A stretch of 64,000 nucleotides of DNA from Podarcis melisellensis (Eukaryota): the NCBI GenBank assembly GCA_964234715.1, contig OZ174287.1. One strand, 5' to 3'. Below are positions 1 to 10,219 of this stretch, in pieces. How positions within the stretch are numbered: position 1 is the stretch's first letter; every line of letters begins with the position of its first letter. Below the pieces are notes generated by a model that saw nothing but the letters and a program-made list of their open reading frames with translations, did not search any database and was not told the DNA's origin. Both the position numbers and the translations under genes were made by a program.

Positions 1-829
1 ATCTCTTAACACTTTCTCTCCTCATATGTATGGTTCTTGCCTATTGTGTGTCAATGAGATGCACCTTAGGTGCCAAGGAAACTCTAATTATGCCGATATG
101 CTTAGATTTTGTGACGAGCATGCTTTGCTTGATTTTGAAGGTAGTGGTTGAGTTTTTGCAAAAATTGCACCATCTACCATCCACGGAGTAGTTAGAAGAA
201 ATTGGGCATAAGGATACCTTTAGGAAAGGGAAAGGTGATAATGTATATAGCATAGGAAAATGGTAACCATCAGCAAAACCAATCATGAGGGCTAGAAACC
301 TTTTTTTAAAAAAAAGAATGTTAAGGTTTTAAATTCTAATTGCACAGAATCCACAGCCTTGGGTTTATCTTTCTTATCCCTACATTAATGCCCCCCCCCA
401 GTTATGTGGTACCCCACTCCTCCATTCTTTCCAATTGCATCACCCTTCCTGATTGTCTTTTGTGTCCCTAGCCGCTCCATTATCTTTTCTGTTTGATTTT
501 CTGTGCATAAGTTGTTGCTTCCTTAATATGAGATAGCCCCATGCCCCAATATAGCTTAGGGCATCCTTTGCCCTCTCCATCAGTCTTCTTCCATCTCCTC
601 GCCCCCCCCCCCATCTTGCTCCCAGTTGTCTCTCCCCTGTTCCCTTCCACCATCCTCCACTTCAATTTCCCTCTTTCCATACCTCCTTGCTGTTGTTTTT
701 TCAACATGCCACTTTTGTTTTAAAGCCACATGCTTCCTTTCTCAAATTCCCTTCTTTGCAGCCCTCTGCTCTTTCACCAATCCTCCCCAATCCGGCGCTT
801 AGCCTGGTTTCCAAACACGCCAACCAAGT

Positions 830-1472
830 CCGGAAGTTCAGGAATGCAGTGAACTTTATAAGGCAATGGAGAGGCTTTTTGTGTTTTTCAAATTTCCTCT
901 CCCCTCTTCTTGGGACAATATTTTTTTTGGCTCCTGGATCCCAAGCGTCCCCCCCCCCCCCATTTGGGGCTTGTGTCTCCTCCCCCCCACCACTTCTTTC
1001 TTTTCTTTGGGGCAAGCGGTGTGTTTGGTTTTGCTTGAGCTTCTGACATCTACAATTTCATCTTTCTAATGCAGGTATAAATAAATAAAATTCCGGGCCA
1101 CCACCCAAGAAGGGAGGAGTGAAAACTCGTGACGAAGAAGAAGTGGGTGAAAGAGAGAGAGAGAGAAAGAGAGGAGTGTGAGAGGCGGACAAATGAAAGG
1201 AGAGAGAGAAGAGGAAATTTTGCTGGGGATTTCTGAGAACTGCGAGCAAACTTCCCGGACCTAGCTAGACAAAAGTGGCGACAGGATCCAACTGCAAATA
1301 TCCAGGGAAGGATATACGCGTTTTGTGGCTCTGCTTCACTTGGCACTGCCTCTTGGCGGAGGCAGCGGATCGGGGCGACTACAAAAGCAGGAAAAACGAC
1401 CGGGACAGTCCTGTGAGTCACCCCGAGCTGTGGGGGAAAGGAAAAGGACGTTGGAGTGTTTTCTTTGCAAAG
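830..1472 (+). promoter_or_regulatory. CDC42EP5: Putative CDC42EP5 promoter and first non-coding exon ending at donor AAG|GTGAGT (1472/1473)
   Basis: CpG-enriched segment; ETS CCGGAAGT 830-837, TATAAA 1076-1081, AP-1 TGAGTCA 1414-1420; consensus donor; the CDS ATG directly follows an acceptor, so upstream UTR exons are required. Confidence 0.45.
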
Positions 1473-3644
1473 GTGAGTTTCGCTAGCGCCTGGGAGAGCT
1501 TCTGAGCAATGCTTTGTGCCAGCTGACAGCTCTCAGCCGACTGCTGCAAGTCAGAAGGCGAGAGAGCGCAGCAGGCTGTCTGGACTCCTGAGTTCCCGGA
1601 GACAGGATTGTGGGGTCAGCAGGGAGTGGCTGCCAGACAGGCCTTGTGGGCTCCCCCACAAGGCAGGGTGGGATTTAGCGGTTTCGAGCCAGCCGGCAGG
1701 GAAGTAAGATTCCTGGTTCCTCTAACAGAGGACTGGGGTTTAGGAGCCAAGGCGCAGGAAATCTGGAAGAGGTGGGGGAAAAGCTGCAGGGTTCCTGAGT
1801 TGTGTTGTGGGGCTGGGGAGTGGGCTTGAGTGAGGTGGGCAGGTGTGGGTGGTTCTCTCCTTGAAAGGTGGGGTGGGTGGGTGGAGATGGTCTTCAGCCC
1901 TTGGGTGCCTCATCCCAGGAGAGAAGGGGGCGGGGAGGGAGAAGCCACCATTTGTGTAGCAAAAGGGGTGTGTGTCTGGCAAGAGGAATGAGTGAGTGGC
2001 CATAAATCAAAGAGCGGCTGGGCTGGGAGCAGGAGAGGGTGTTGGCTGGGGCTAAAGTAAATAGGCCCCCTAGCCTGAGCTTCTTGGCATGCTCAATCAA
2101 AAATCCTGGCTTGCAGCTAAACCTCCCCTATGCCCCCTTTCTTGACCCCCCCTCCTAAAGAACCCAGGAGTCCTGGCTTTCCCCCACCCCTGTAAGCCTC
2201 CAATCAGTGAAGGGGACCTAATTTGCACCCAGCCCCTCATTATGCTGAAACCCCCATATCCCACCTCTCAGCCAGCAAACCCACGCATTCAAACACCCAT
2301 GTTGGTTTCGCCGCCACCACATCAACTCAATTAAATCCTGTCCCTTTCCAAGAAGAGCTCTGGCTCCCAAGCCCTTCGATGGCACTTTGTATTCACTTGA
2401 TCACTGTTCCATTCCAAGGAACCCAGGTGTCCGGGCTAAATGGCTCTGCCCCATCACATCCCCCCTCCCCCTCCCCCAATTTCCGATCATTTCCTCAACC
2501 TCGGCCACATCTGAGCCTTTCAAAGGACTTCATTTCATTTACCAAAGGAAATTCCGTCATCGTACTCAGGGGCTCGTAACCATATCTGTCATCCGCAGAG
2601 AAGGGAAACATGGACGGGAAAGGAGGGAATAGATATCTTCTCCCAAGAGGCTGGAGCATAAGCCTCTCTGGGTTCGTGCCAGGACCATGTCAGACCCCAG
2701 CCCTTCTGGATCTCAGCTGTTCCCCGTCTCCCTGTTAAGTTATTGCATGCACAATTGATGAGTTATAGTGCGTGCTCCCAAGAGTCCACTTTCGTTGGGG
2801 GGGGGGTTTATTGTGGCATTATCCCCTGGTCTCCCCTCCCCACACCCCTTGCCTGAAATCAGCCTTGTGTAGAGAAAACTTCCCGTCCACAAACTGCCTC
2901 CCGCTTCTTATTAGCTAACGTGTCCGCACAGACTATGTTGGTCAACTGGGGCATTCATGAAAAACAAACAAGTTATAACGTTTTCCTGCTAGTCGCCTTG
3001 AGGAGAGTCTGAATTTGACACAGGTGACCAGGTGAGCAGCTCTTGGCAAGCTGGATTTGTGAATGCAATCTCTTTTATTCTTGGGAGAATGCGATACTTC
3101 TCCCACCACCCCCAAAACAAACCCGACTTCCAATGTAGTTTTCCCAGTACAATTCTGGTTGTTATATGTACGCTGTTAGTGCAAGTGTTGCTTGATAGAT
3201 CTCTTCTGGACTGCAGTTAATGACACAAGTGCCACATCCCTTTCCCATCCACTGGTTACCTGTACCATTTAGTGATCTTCCGTTCTTCTGTTCTTTTAAA
3301 AGCCACTTTTTGAATTTGTCTTCCTGCTCTGCATGTCCCGGGACTTAGCTGTCTTCATGTAAACTCCGGCTTAGAAGGAGGAGAGCATACATTTAACCAG
3401 GTTCATGTTGACCAGGCTGGGCTTCCCATCCTACCAACTTTTCTACCTCTCACCCCCCCAAAAAAACAACAACAACCAGTGGAGCATTGCACTGTTGTTG
3501 CTGGCTCAGGGTTGGTGTTTATCATTTATGGCCTTCGGGGTGGGAGATATGCCAGTTCAGGCAAAGAGCACTTTGGCAGAAGTTATACGACGGATGCAGC
3601 CACTTTGAAGTGGTCTGTTCACTAAAGCTGCCTTGAACTTCAAC

Positions 3645-3690
3645 AAAATCTGAAGCTAAGCAGGGCTGGATCTAGTGGGAAAATCCACCT
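3645..3690 (+). mobile_element. Degenerate 5S rRNA-like SINE head
   Basis: ctgaagctaagcagggctggatctagt resembles 5S rRNA GAAGCTAAGCAGGGTCGGGCCTGGTTAGT; short and diverged. Confidence 0.3.
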
Positions 3691-4072
3691 TGCAGCCCTG
3701 TCTAGTCTAGGCTGGGTTGTGTTCCATAAAGTCCAGTAACGGTAGTGATAAGTAAAACATACACACAGTGCATTGCTGACTTAACCTAAGCAGTGAAGCT
3801 GGGTCTCTGCCCCAAGGGCTTTACAGTATAGTCTTGACAGTGGGGAGAGGTAGCTAAGGGGAATAAGGGATGGACAGAGTCAAGAAGAGATGGCTGTGAG
3901 GGACATGCAACCAGAGCTCAACCTTAGAGCAGGGGGGGAAACCATTTCAGCTCGGGGGCTGCATTCTCTTCTATGGAGCCTTCCAAGGGCCACATGTCAG
4001 TGGTGGGCGTGGCTAGGAGAGAAAGTGGGTGGAGCCAGTTTGCCACATGACCTTCTCTTATTCTTTTTCTAG

Positions 4073-4146
4073 GCTGGCAAGAAGCATTATCAGAGTTCAA
4101 AGACTCTCCAGCCAGGCAAAAACACAAAAGGAGGGTGCAAAAGAGG
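4073..4146 (+). other. CDC42EP5: Candidate CDC42EP5 5'UTR exon 2
   Basis: Strong acceptor ccttctcttattctttttctag| at 4072, donor GG|GTCAGT at 4146/4147, 74 nt with no ATG. Confidence 0.4.
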
Positions 4147-5237
4147 GTCAGTGAGGGGTGTGGCTTGGGGAGAGTCTTGAGGGCCATGTAGAGAGGCCTG
4201 GAGGGCCACAATCAGCCTCTGGGTCTGAGCTGCCCTACAGACATATCTCAGTATTTTTATTTTATTCTTAATGGAATTTACTGACCTCCACAAAAACATA
4301 TGTTGGTTTCCCCCCCTGCTGCTTTTGCAGCAGAAAGCTATGCCCAAAGCAGTTCAGAACACATAGGAAAATAAATGAAAGAAGCAATGCAGAACGAAAG
4401 AGAAACCATCAGCATATCTAACCACTCAGTATAAAAAAAATAATAGTTGCGCCAAATATTGGCATATGCCCCCACAGTTGAGGGATGCATTTCTGAGGCA
4501 TGATGAAGAACCAGCATTTTATCTAAATGCTGGTGGAACTTAGTGAGCGGGCAAGATTCAGGACCATTAGACTTTGCCTGTTATTGTAGATTTTTAATGC
4601 ACATTTCATGGGTTTTTTAAAAGTGAAATTTCCCTTGTACGGAAAGGGCTCAGTCCTTCCCCGTTCCAGGTTTTTTTGGTACCTGAAGAGTTAAGAGCTG
4701 GCTAGGAGATTGGCAGCCAGCTACCTTCCTGTGTTCTGCTGGAAGGGTGTGGTGTTGCGCGGCTGAGAGGAAGGGATGCTGGCAGCCAGGACTCCTGGGT
4801 TCTTTTCTCTCCTTGCCTCCTAATGTGTTTGGGTTTCTCTTTCTCTCCCACCTGTGCTGACTCGACTCTCCCTCCCTGCCCTTTTTTCCACTTCTGTCAG
4901 CGCTTTCTGATCTTCGGAGCTTGCCGGCTTCCTTCTAACTTGGCCTCCACCCCCTCTGTGTTGTCCTCCTTCTCCTCCCCTCCCCAGTACTTGCCCAGAC
5001 TATGTCTCCTACCCCCAGCGCAGCTGCTGCGTTGTTCCCCATTAAAGCATGAATCATCCCCGGCTCTTAGATCATCACACCTGAGATCATCACATGCAAT
5101 AGGCAGGCAGCACCCAGGAGACCCACCTTGTATCTCCAAAGCACCATCCATGTCAGGGCCAGCCCAAGACATTTTGACACCTGAGGCGGACCCCAAAATA
5201 GCTCCCCCCCTCCCTGCCATGGAAGAAGGGGGTTAAA

Positions 5238-5584
5238 GGGACACAGGTGGAGCTGTGGGTTAAACCACAGCACCTAGGACTTGCCAATCAGAAGGTTGAT
5301 GGTTCGAATCCCCACAATGGGCTGAGCTCCAGTTACTCGGTTCCAGCTCCTGCCAACCCAGCAGTTTGAAGTGCAAGTAGATAAATAGGTACCGCTCCGG
5401 CGGGAAGGTAAACGGTGTTTCCGTGCACTGCTCTGGTTCGCCAGAAGCGGCTTAGTCATGCTGGCTACATGACCCAGAAGCTGTACGCCAGCTCCCTCGG
5501 TCAATAAAGCGAGATGAACGCCGCAACCCCAGAGTCGTCCACAACTGGACCTAACGGTCTGGGGTCCCTTTACCTTTACCTTAC
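5238..5584 (+). mobile_element. Sauria SINE
   Basis: GGGACACAGGTGG...GGTTAAACCACAG head, B-box GGTTCGAATCC, (ACCTTT)n tail; near-identical copies elsewhere in the window. Confidence 0.9.
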
Positions 5585-5669
5585 ATTGAGAAGGGGGGGG
5601 CAGAGGGAGAAGGATCAGTGTCAGGGTTTGCTCCCCCAGTGAACACTGCCACTCATGGGTGAGCCAGCC

Positions 5670-6080
5670 CTTCTTTACAATTTTATTTGATTTTACCAAT
5701 ATAAAATTATAACAATCCAAATGCTTATCCATATATAGAGATTACTCTGAATCTCAAGACTTGCCCCCACCCCCTCCATGGGTCCTATTGTCAGCATTTA
5801 TAACTGCATATTATTCGATAGTCTACATTTTATATCAATCCATATTATCCATAATATTTGTTACGTTACAAGTGAGATTAAAATTCTGCTAATGTTTTCC
5901 TCTGCTTGCAATGGTCTCTTAAATAGATTATAAATTTTCCCCATTCCTTTTTAAAGATTTTGTCCTCTTGGTTCCTGAGCTTTACGGTCAGCTTTGCCAT
6001 TTCCTCTTAGTCCGTCAGCTTAGCTTGCCATTCCTCCCTGATAGGGACCCTTTCTTCTTTCCATCTCTGGGCTAGTAGCA
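5670..6080 (-). mobile_element. 5'-truncated L1-clade LINE 3' fragment
   Basis: 16-bp TSD CATGGGTGAGCCAGCC (5654-5669 / 6081-6096); minus strand encodes a degenerate ORF2 end LLAQRWKEERVPIREEW...EMAKLT...FKKEWGKFIIYL. Confidence 0.75.
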
Positions 6081-6322
6081 CATGGGTGAGCCAGCCTTGA
6101 TCCATGTGTCTGGCACAGTACAGAGTACAAAAAAGGTAGGTCGTTCCTCTGAGGCACTCTGAGATTGAGGTTGGGGTAAACAGGGAGAGAATGTGTTCCT
6201 TTCAGCTACCCACTCTGGGGCTCATTCCCCAGGCTGTACTGATTTCTCCCATGCTTAAATCTGTGGTGTCCCAATGATCCCATTATCTTCAGCTGTGATG
6301 CTAACTAAACCCCACTAGGCTT

Positions 6323-6357
6323 TCACTTCTCGGCCTCTTGGCCGATCAAGTGTAGTA
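6323..6357 (+). pseudogene. 3'-truncated U2 snRNA retrocopy (5' ~35 nt)
   Basis: tcacttctcggcctcttggccgatcaagtgtagta versus U2 ATCGCTTCTCGGCCTTTTGGCTAAGATCAAGTGTAGTA. Confidence 0.75.
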
Positions 6358-6404
6358 GCCAAAGATTTCCAGTCCCTGTTCTTTTCCATTTTAGCAGTCC
6401 CCAC

Positions 6405-6850
6405 CAGGGCCGGATTTAGGTTTGATGAGGCCCTAAGCTACTGAAGGTAATGGGGCCCTTTATATGTCCACCCCGTCCTTTGTCAACAACAAATTGTCAC
6501 TGTTTTTTGTGTTGAATATATGCTATATGGTAATTTATGGACCTAATAGGTATCTAAAGCCATTTGCACGTGTTGTCATGCAACCAGGCCATGCAGAATG
6601 TAGGCACCCTATATATAGAAATGAGCAAACCAGTGATATTTTAGGGAGCAGGCTAGCAGGCTTATATCTTAGGCGCCTACACAACACAAAACACTGTTGC
6701 TGTTATGTAGGTTTTATTTTATTTGTTTTCTATCTTATATTTTGGAAATGTACATCCAGGTTTCTTTTTCCTTTAAATTTTTTTGGGGGGCCCCAAGAGA
6801 GTGGGGCCCTAAGCTATACCTTGTTTAGCTTATACATAAATCCAGCACTG
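6405..6850. mobile_element. Non-autonomous hAT DNA transposon
   Basis: 8-bp TSD GTCCCCAC (6397-6404 / 6851-6858), imperfect TIRs CAGGGCCGGATTTA...TAAATCCAGCACTG. Confidence 0.8.
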
Positions 6851-7345
6851 GTCCCCACCCTTTTTCTCCATGCTCCACACCCCCAACCTTCTCCTTCTCT
6901 TAAGGAACCCAGGAGTCCTGAGTCCCAGCTCCCATGGCAACCTAGGCGTTCCTTGTTCTAGGAACGGGTTGAACAAGTTGCTGTCCTCTGGACTGCAAGA
7001 GTGGGAGCTCAGCACCCTACAGTGGGGCAGGAACAGTTCCTGCCGTCACTCATCCCAGGCTCTGCTTCTGATAATCTCAGTCAGGAACTGGGGAAGGAGG
7101 GAAGGAGCCTCTGGTCCCTACCCTTAGTGCCAGTGAAGTGGATTGATCAAGGATGTAGACCTGGGTTTAAACCTCTACTTGGTAATACCCTCAGAATAAG
7201 TAGCAGATTCTCTGTGTAGCCTACCTTGCAGGGTTGTTGTGCAAATAAACTGGGGTAGCCCTCCATTGAGCTCCTTGGAAGGAGGGACAGAATACGAATC
7301 TGTCAGAGATGAGGCAGCCGCCAAGACAACTGCAAATTCTATATA

Positions 7346-7590
7346 CAGTTGTACCTCGGGTTACATACGCTTCAGGTTACATACGCTTCAGGTTACAGAC
7401 TCCGCTAACCCAGAAATAGTGCCTCGGGTTAAGAACTTTGCTTCAGGATGAGAACAGAAATCGTGCTCCGGCGGCACAGCGGCAGCAGCGGGAGGCCCCA
7501 TTAGCTAAAGTGGTGCTTCAGGTTAAGAACAGTTTCAGGTTAAGTACGGACCTCCGGAACAAATTAAGTACTTAACCCGAGGTACCACTG
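7346..7590 (+). mobile_element. Tc1/mariner (Tigger/pogo-like) MITE
   Basis: TA TSD, TIR CAGTGGTACCTCGGGTT; same family at 19746, 45357, 49102 and 62052. Confidence 0.85.
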
Positions 7591-7811
7591 TAGTTTTTAA
7601 AATGATTATGGGGGAGGGAATGAAAAGAGGGTTTCAACGTGTGTCTCCACAAAGCCCTGTACGGTAGGCTATTGTTTCCTTTTTGTGGCTGGGGACCAAG
7701 ATGGGCGAGTGAGTTGCCTAAGGTCAAGTGAGGACTATGCTGGCTCCGTTGGGAAGCTTCCAGCCCTTTCTCCTTCTCACACATTTCTCTTTCTCTCCCC
7801 TCCCCCCCCAG

Positions 7812-8474
7812 ATGCCCATCCTCAAGCAGTCCCCTGTCTCCCACTCCAAGAAGCGGCCGCGTTTGGACCGGGCCATGATCAGCGCCCCCTTGGGTGATTT
7901 CCGGCACACGATGCACATCGGCCGTGGGGGAGATGCTTTTGGCGACACGTCTTTCCTCAGCAACCACGGGGGCTCCAAGGCCAACGGGCTGCCTCCCGAT
8001 GTGTCCCCTGGGGCCTTCTCCAGCCCTGGAGATGCCCGCTTTGAACTGTTGTCTCCCCCCGGGAGTGGGAACGGCATAGTTCAGAGCCCGGCGACGTCGA
8101 CCCCGGATGGCAGCTTCGTGGCCCTGCAGACCCCAGAGAAGGCAGAGCGGCAGAAGCCCTCTAACGGAAGGGACTGGGACCTGCCTCAGAAGTTCCCCTT
8201 GGAGAGCCCCACATTGGAACATGCCGAATCCCTCCTCTCTTTCCAGTTGGACTTGGGGCCTTCCATCTTGGACGATGTGCTGGGAGTGATGGACAAAGAC
8301 TGGGACAGCATCAGAGGGCAGGAACAGGAACCGCTGAGGGTCGAAAGCCCAAAGGGGCACCTCCATCGCGGTGGTGAAGAAGATGAGGAGGCGGCGGAGG
8401 AAGAAGAGGAGGAGGAGGACGAAGGGCAGGGCTACAGTTTTGAGGATGAACAGGATGAAGAGATTGGACTATAG
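7812..8474 (+). CDS. CDC42EP5: Cdc42 effector protein 5 (Borg3), 220 aa, single coding exon
   Basis: MPILKQ start directly after a polypyrimidine tract and cag|; CRIB ISAPLGDFRHTMHIGRGGDAFGDTSFL; BD3 septin-binding LLSFQLDLGPSILDDVLGVMD; ends in IGL as I recall for human CDC42EP5; adjacent to LENG9. Confidence 0.93.
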   Translation: MPILKQSPVSHSKKRPRLDRAMISAPLGDFRHTMHIGRGGDAFGDTSFLSNHGGSKANGLPPDVSPGAFSSPGDARFELLSPPGSGNGIVQSPATSTPDGSFVALQTPEKAERQKPSNGRDWDLPQKFPLESPTLEHAESLLSFQLDLGPSILDDVLGVMDKDWDSIRGQEQEPLRVESPKGHLHRGGEEDEEAAEEEEEEEDEGQGYSFEDEQDEEIGL

Positions 8475-9056
8475 AAAAGTAGAAGCGCGGTATTGGTTTT
8501 TATCGCTTTGGTTTCTCTAGCTGTCCCCCACCCCGGCACTCCTCCTGCCCTCTTTTTGATGGAATTTCTCTGCCCCTCTGATGTGAGTTGGTCTATGGGC
8601 CAAATGTTGTCTGCAGGTGACTGCTGGTTGACCCATCCCAAAGAGCCATTGATCTCAAATCTCATGGTTGCGTTCAAGAGGAAAATGGACAGGGGCAGGC
8701 AGGCTGCACCTCCAGTGTGATTCTTGCCGTCTCCCTTCTCTTGTGAGAGAAAAGCACTGTGCAACTGAGAAACACACACACACACTGACCAATTATTGTA
8801 CTCTCCCTAGGCATGGGATGATACAGATATTTTGATGCACTAAAAAATGCATCTTGGTTATAAGGCGTCTCAGAATCCAAGGTTGTGCACCACTGATACC
8901 ATCTCTGTCTCACCTTCCACTTCTCTGTTGTTTTAGGCAACCATCCACCAGGCTACCTTGCCAAGGACGATTCCATCTCCTGCGCTTGTACTGTTGGTTT
9001 CAGTCTCTAAACCTGAAACTGTTTTTTGAGAGTGCTGGAAGGACAGGCGGGTTGGA

Positions 9057-9062
9057 AATAAA
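9057..9062 (+). terminator. Candidate CDC42EP5 polyadenylation signal AATAAA (alternative at 9544-9549)
   Basis: First AATAAA after the stop codon. Confidence 0.35.
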
Positions 9063-9626
9063 TTGGCATGTTTATGGAAGGATGGAGGAAAGGAGGATGC
9101 ACAAATATTCTGGTGTACCTGTCCAGCTATTTAGCCAATCATTATATTGTTCTGTTACCCCACTAGCATATTTAGCAGTGTGAAGTTATCCCTGCTTATT
9201 TGCTGCCCACCATTTTCTTTTCATCTGATCCACACCTTGACCCTGGTGCTCTTCTGTCTGTCCAGATACCCATTCACTGGCTACTTCTTTCTCTGCATTC
9301 AGTACATCATTGTATCTGTATATCCAGCAGCAGCAGGACTGACAACACTGCAAGGCCTCCCTGCTATTGGGGAGAGTGAAGAGGCTGCTTCAGGCAGCAG
9401 GTGCTGAGGGACAGAAGCTGCAGGCCTTGGCTATTCCTCCTGAGCCAGCATGTGTTGCCATGTGACCTGCCCTGAGCGCCTTAATCTGGCTCGTTCCCTT
9501 GGGGTGGTGAAGGATCCCATCTCATCATCAGCACTGAAGTAGAAATAAACTGCAAGTCAAGTTGGCTTTTGCATGGGGTGGGGTGGAGCCGCCATCTTTG
9601 CTTCAGCAAAGGAAGACAGGGTAGAG

Positions 9627-9770
9627 CAGGGCTTCCCAAACTTGGGTTCTCCAGCTGTTGTTTTTTTTGGACTACAACTCCCATCATCCCTAGCTAGCAA
9701 GACCAGTGTTGAGGGATGATGGGAACTGTAGTCCAAAAAGAAGCTGGAGGCCCAAGTTTGGGAAACTCTG
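9627..9770. mobile_element. Palindromic MITE (GGACTACAACTCCCATCATCCC family)
   Basis: Near-complete inverted repeat CAGGGCTTCCCAAACTTGGG...CCCAAGTTTGGGAAACTCTG; related copies near 41690, 47580, 51673, 60765 and 62340. Confidence 0.8.
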
Positions 9771-10187
9771 ATGTAGGGGAAGGAAGACAATGGAAGCTTT
9801 TGGAGAGGAAGTTGAGGGCAATGGGTCTGCTGTTTAAGGTGAAAGAAAGCAGAGGAGCTTTCTCACCTCCCTTCTCAAAGGGCCAGTCAAGAGATTATGG
9901 GATGGATGAAGGAAAGAGGAATGACTTGGGCGTAATGTGAACTGATGGTTGAGCAAAAGTGTAAACAATTTACAGTTCTTGGAATTGTTGAGCAATTCAC
10001 TTAGTCACTGATGGTTGCTGTAACAATTGCCTGCAGGCAGCTAAGCAAAAATGAGTTTCTGATTGTAAGAAGAAAGGTGTGGGTTCCCAACCCCCCATCC
10101 CACCCCATTCCTCAGTCAACCAAAGTACCAAAATGACTAACCAAGATACATGTGGGAAAGTGTGTTTACATTCTCTGTGTATATCTG

Positions 10188-10194
<7 letters not shown>

Positions 10195-10219
<25 letters not shown>
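10195..10219. repeat. (CA)n microsatellite
   Basis: Direct reading. Confidence 0.9.

Noticed and set aside
41-1069. Short ORFs at the window start
   Set aside because: No recognisable homology or supported splice structure; compositionally biased.
7728-7811. 28-aa N-terminal extension of the CDC42EP5 ORF in the ORF track
   Set aside because: The start is not an ATG, and the segment is the polypyrimidine tract and acceptor of the intron; homology begins at the ATG at 7812.
7572-8366. 264-aa minus-strand ORF
   Set aside because: Antisense shadow of the GC-rich CDC42EP5 CDS running into a MITE; no recognisable domain.
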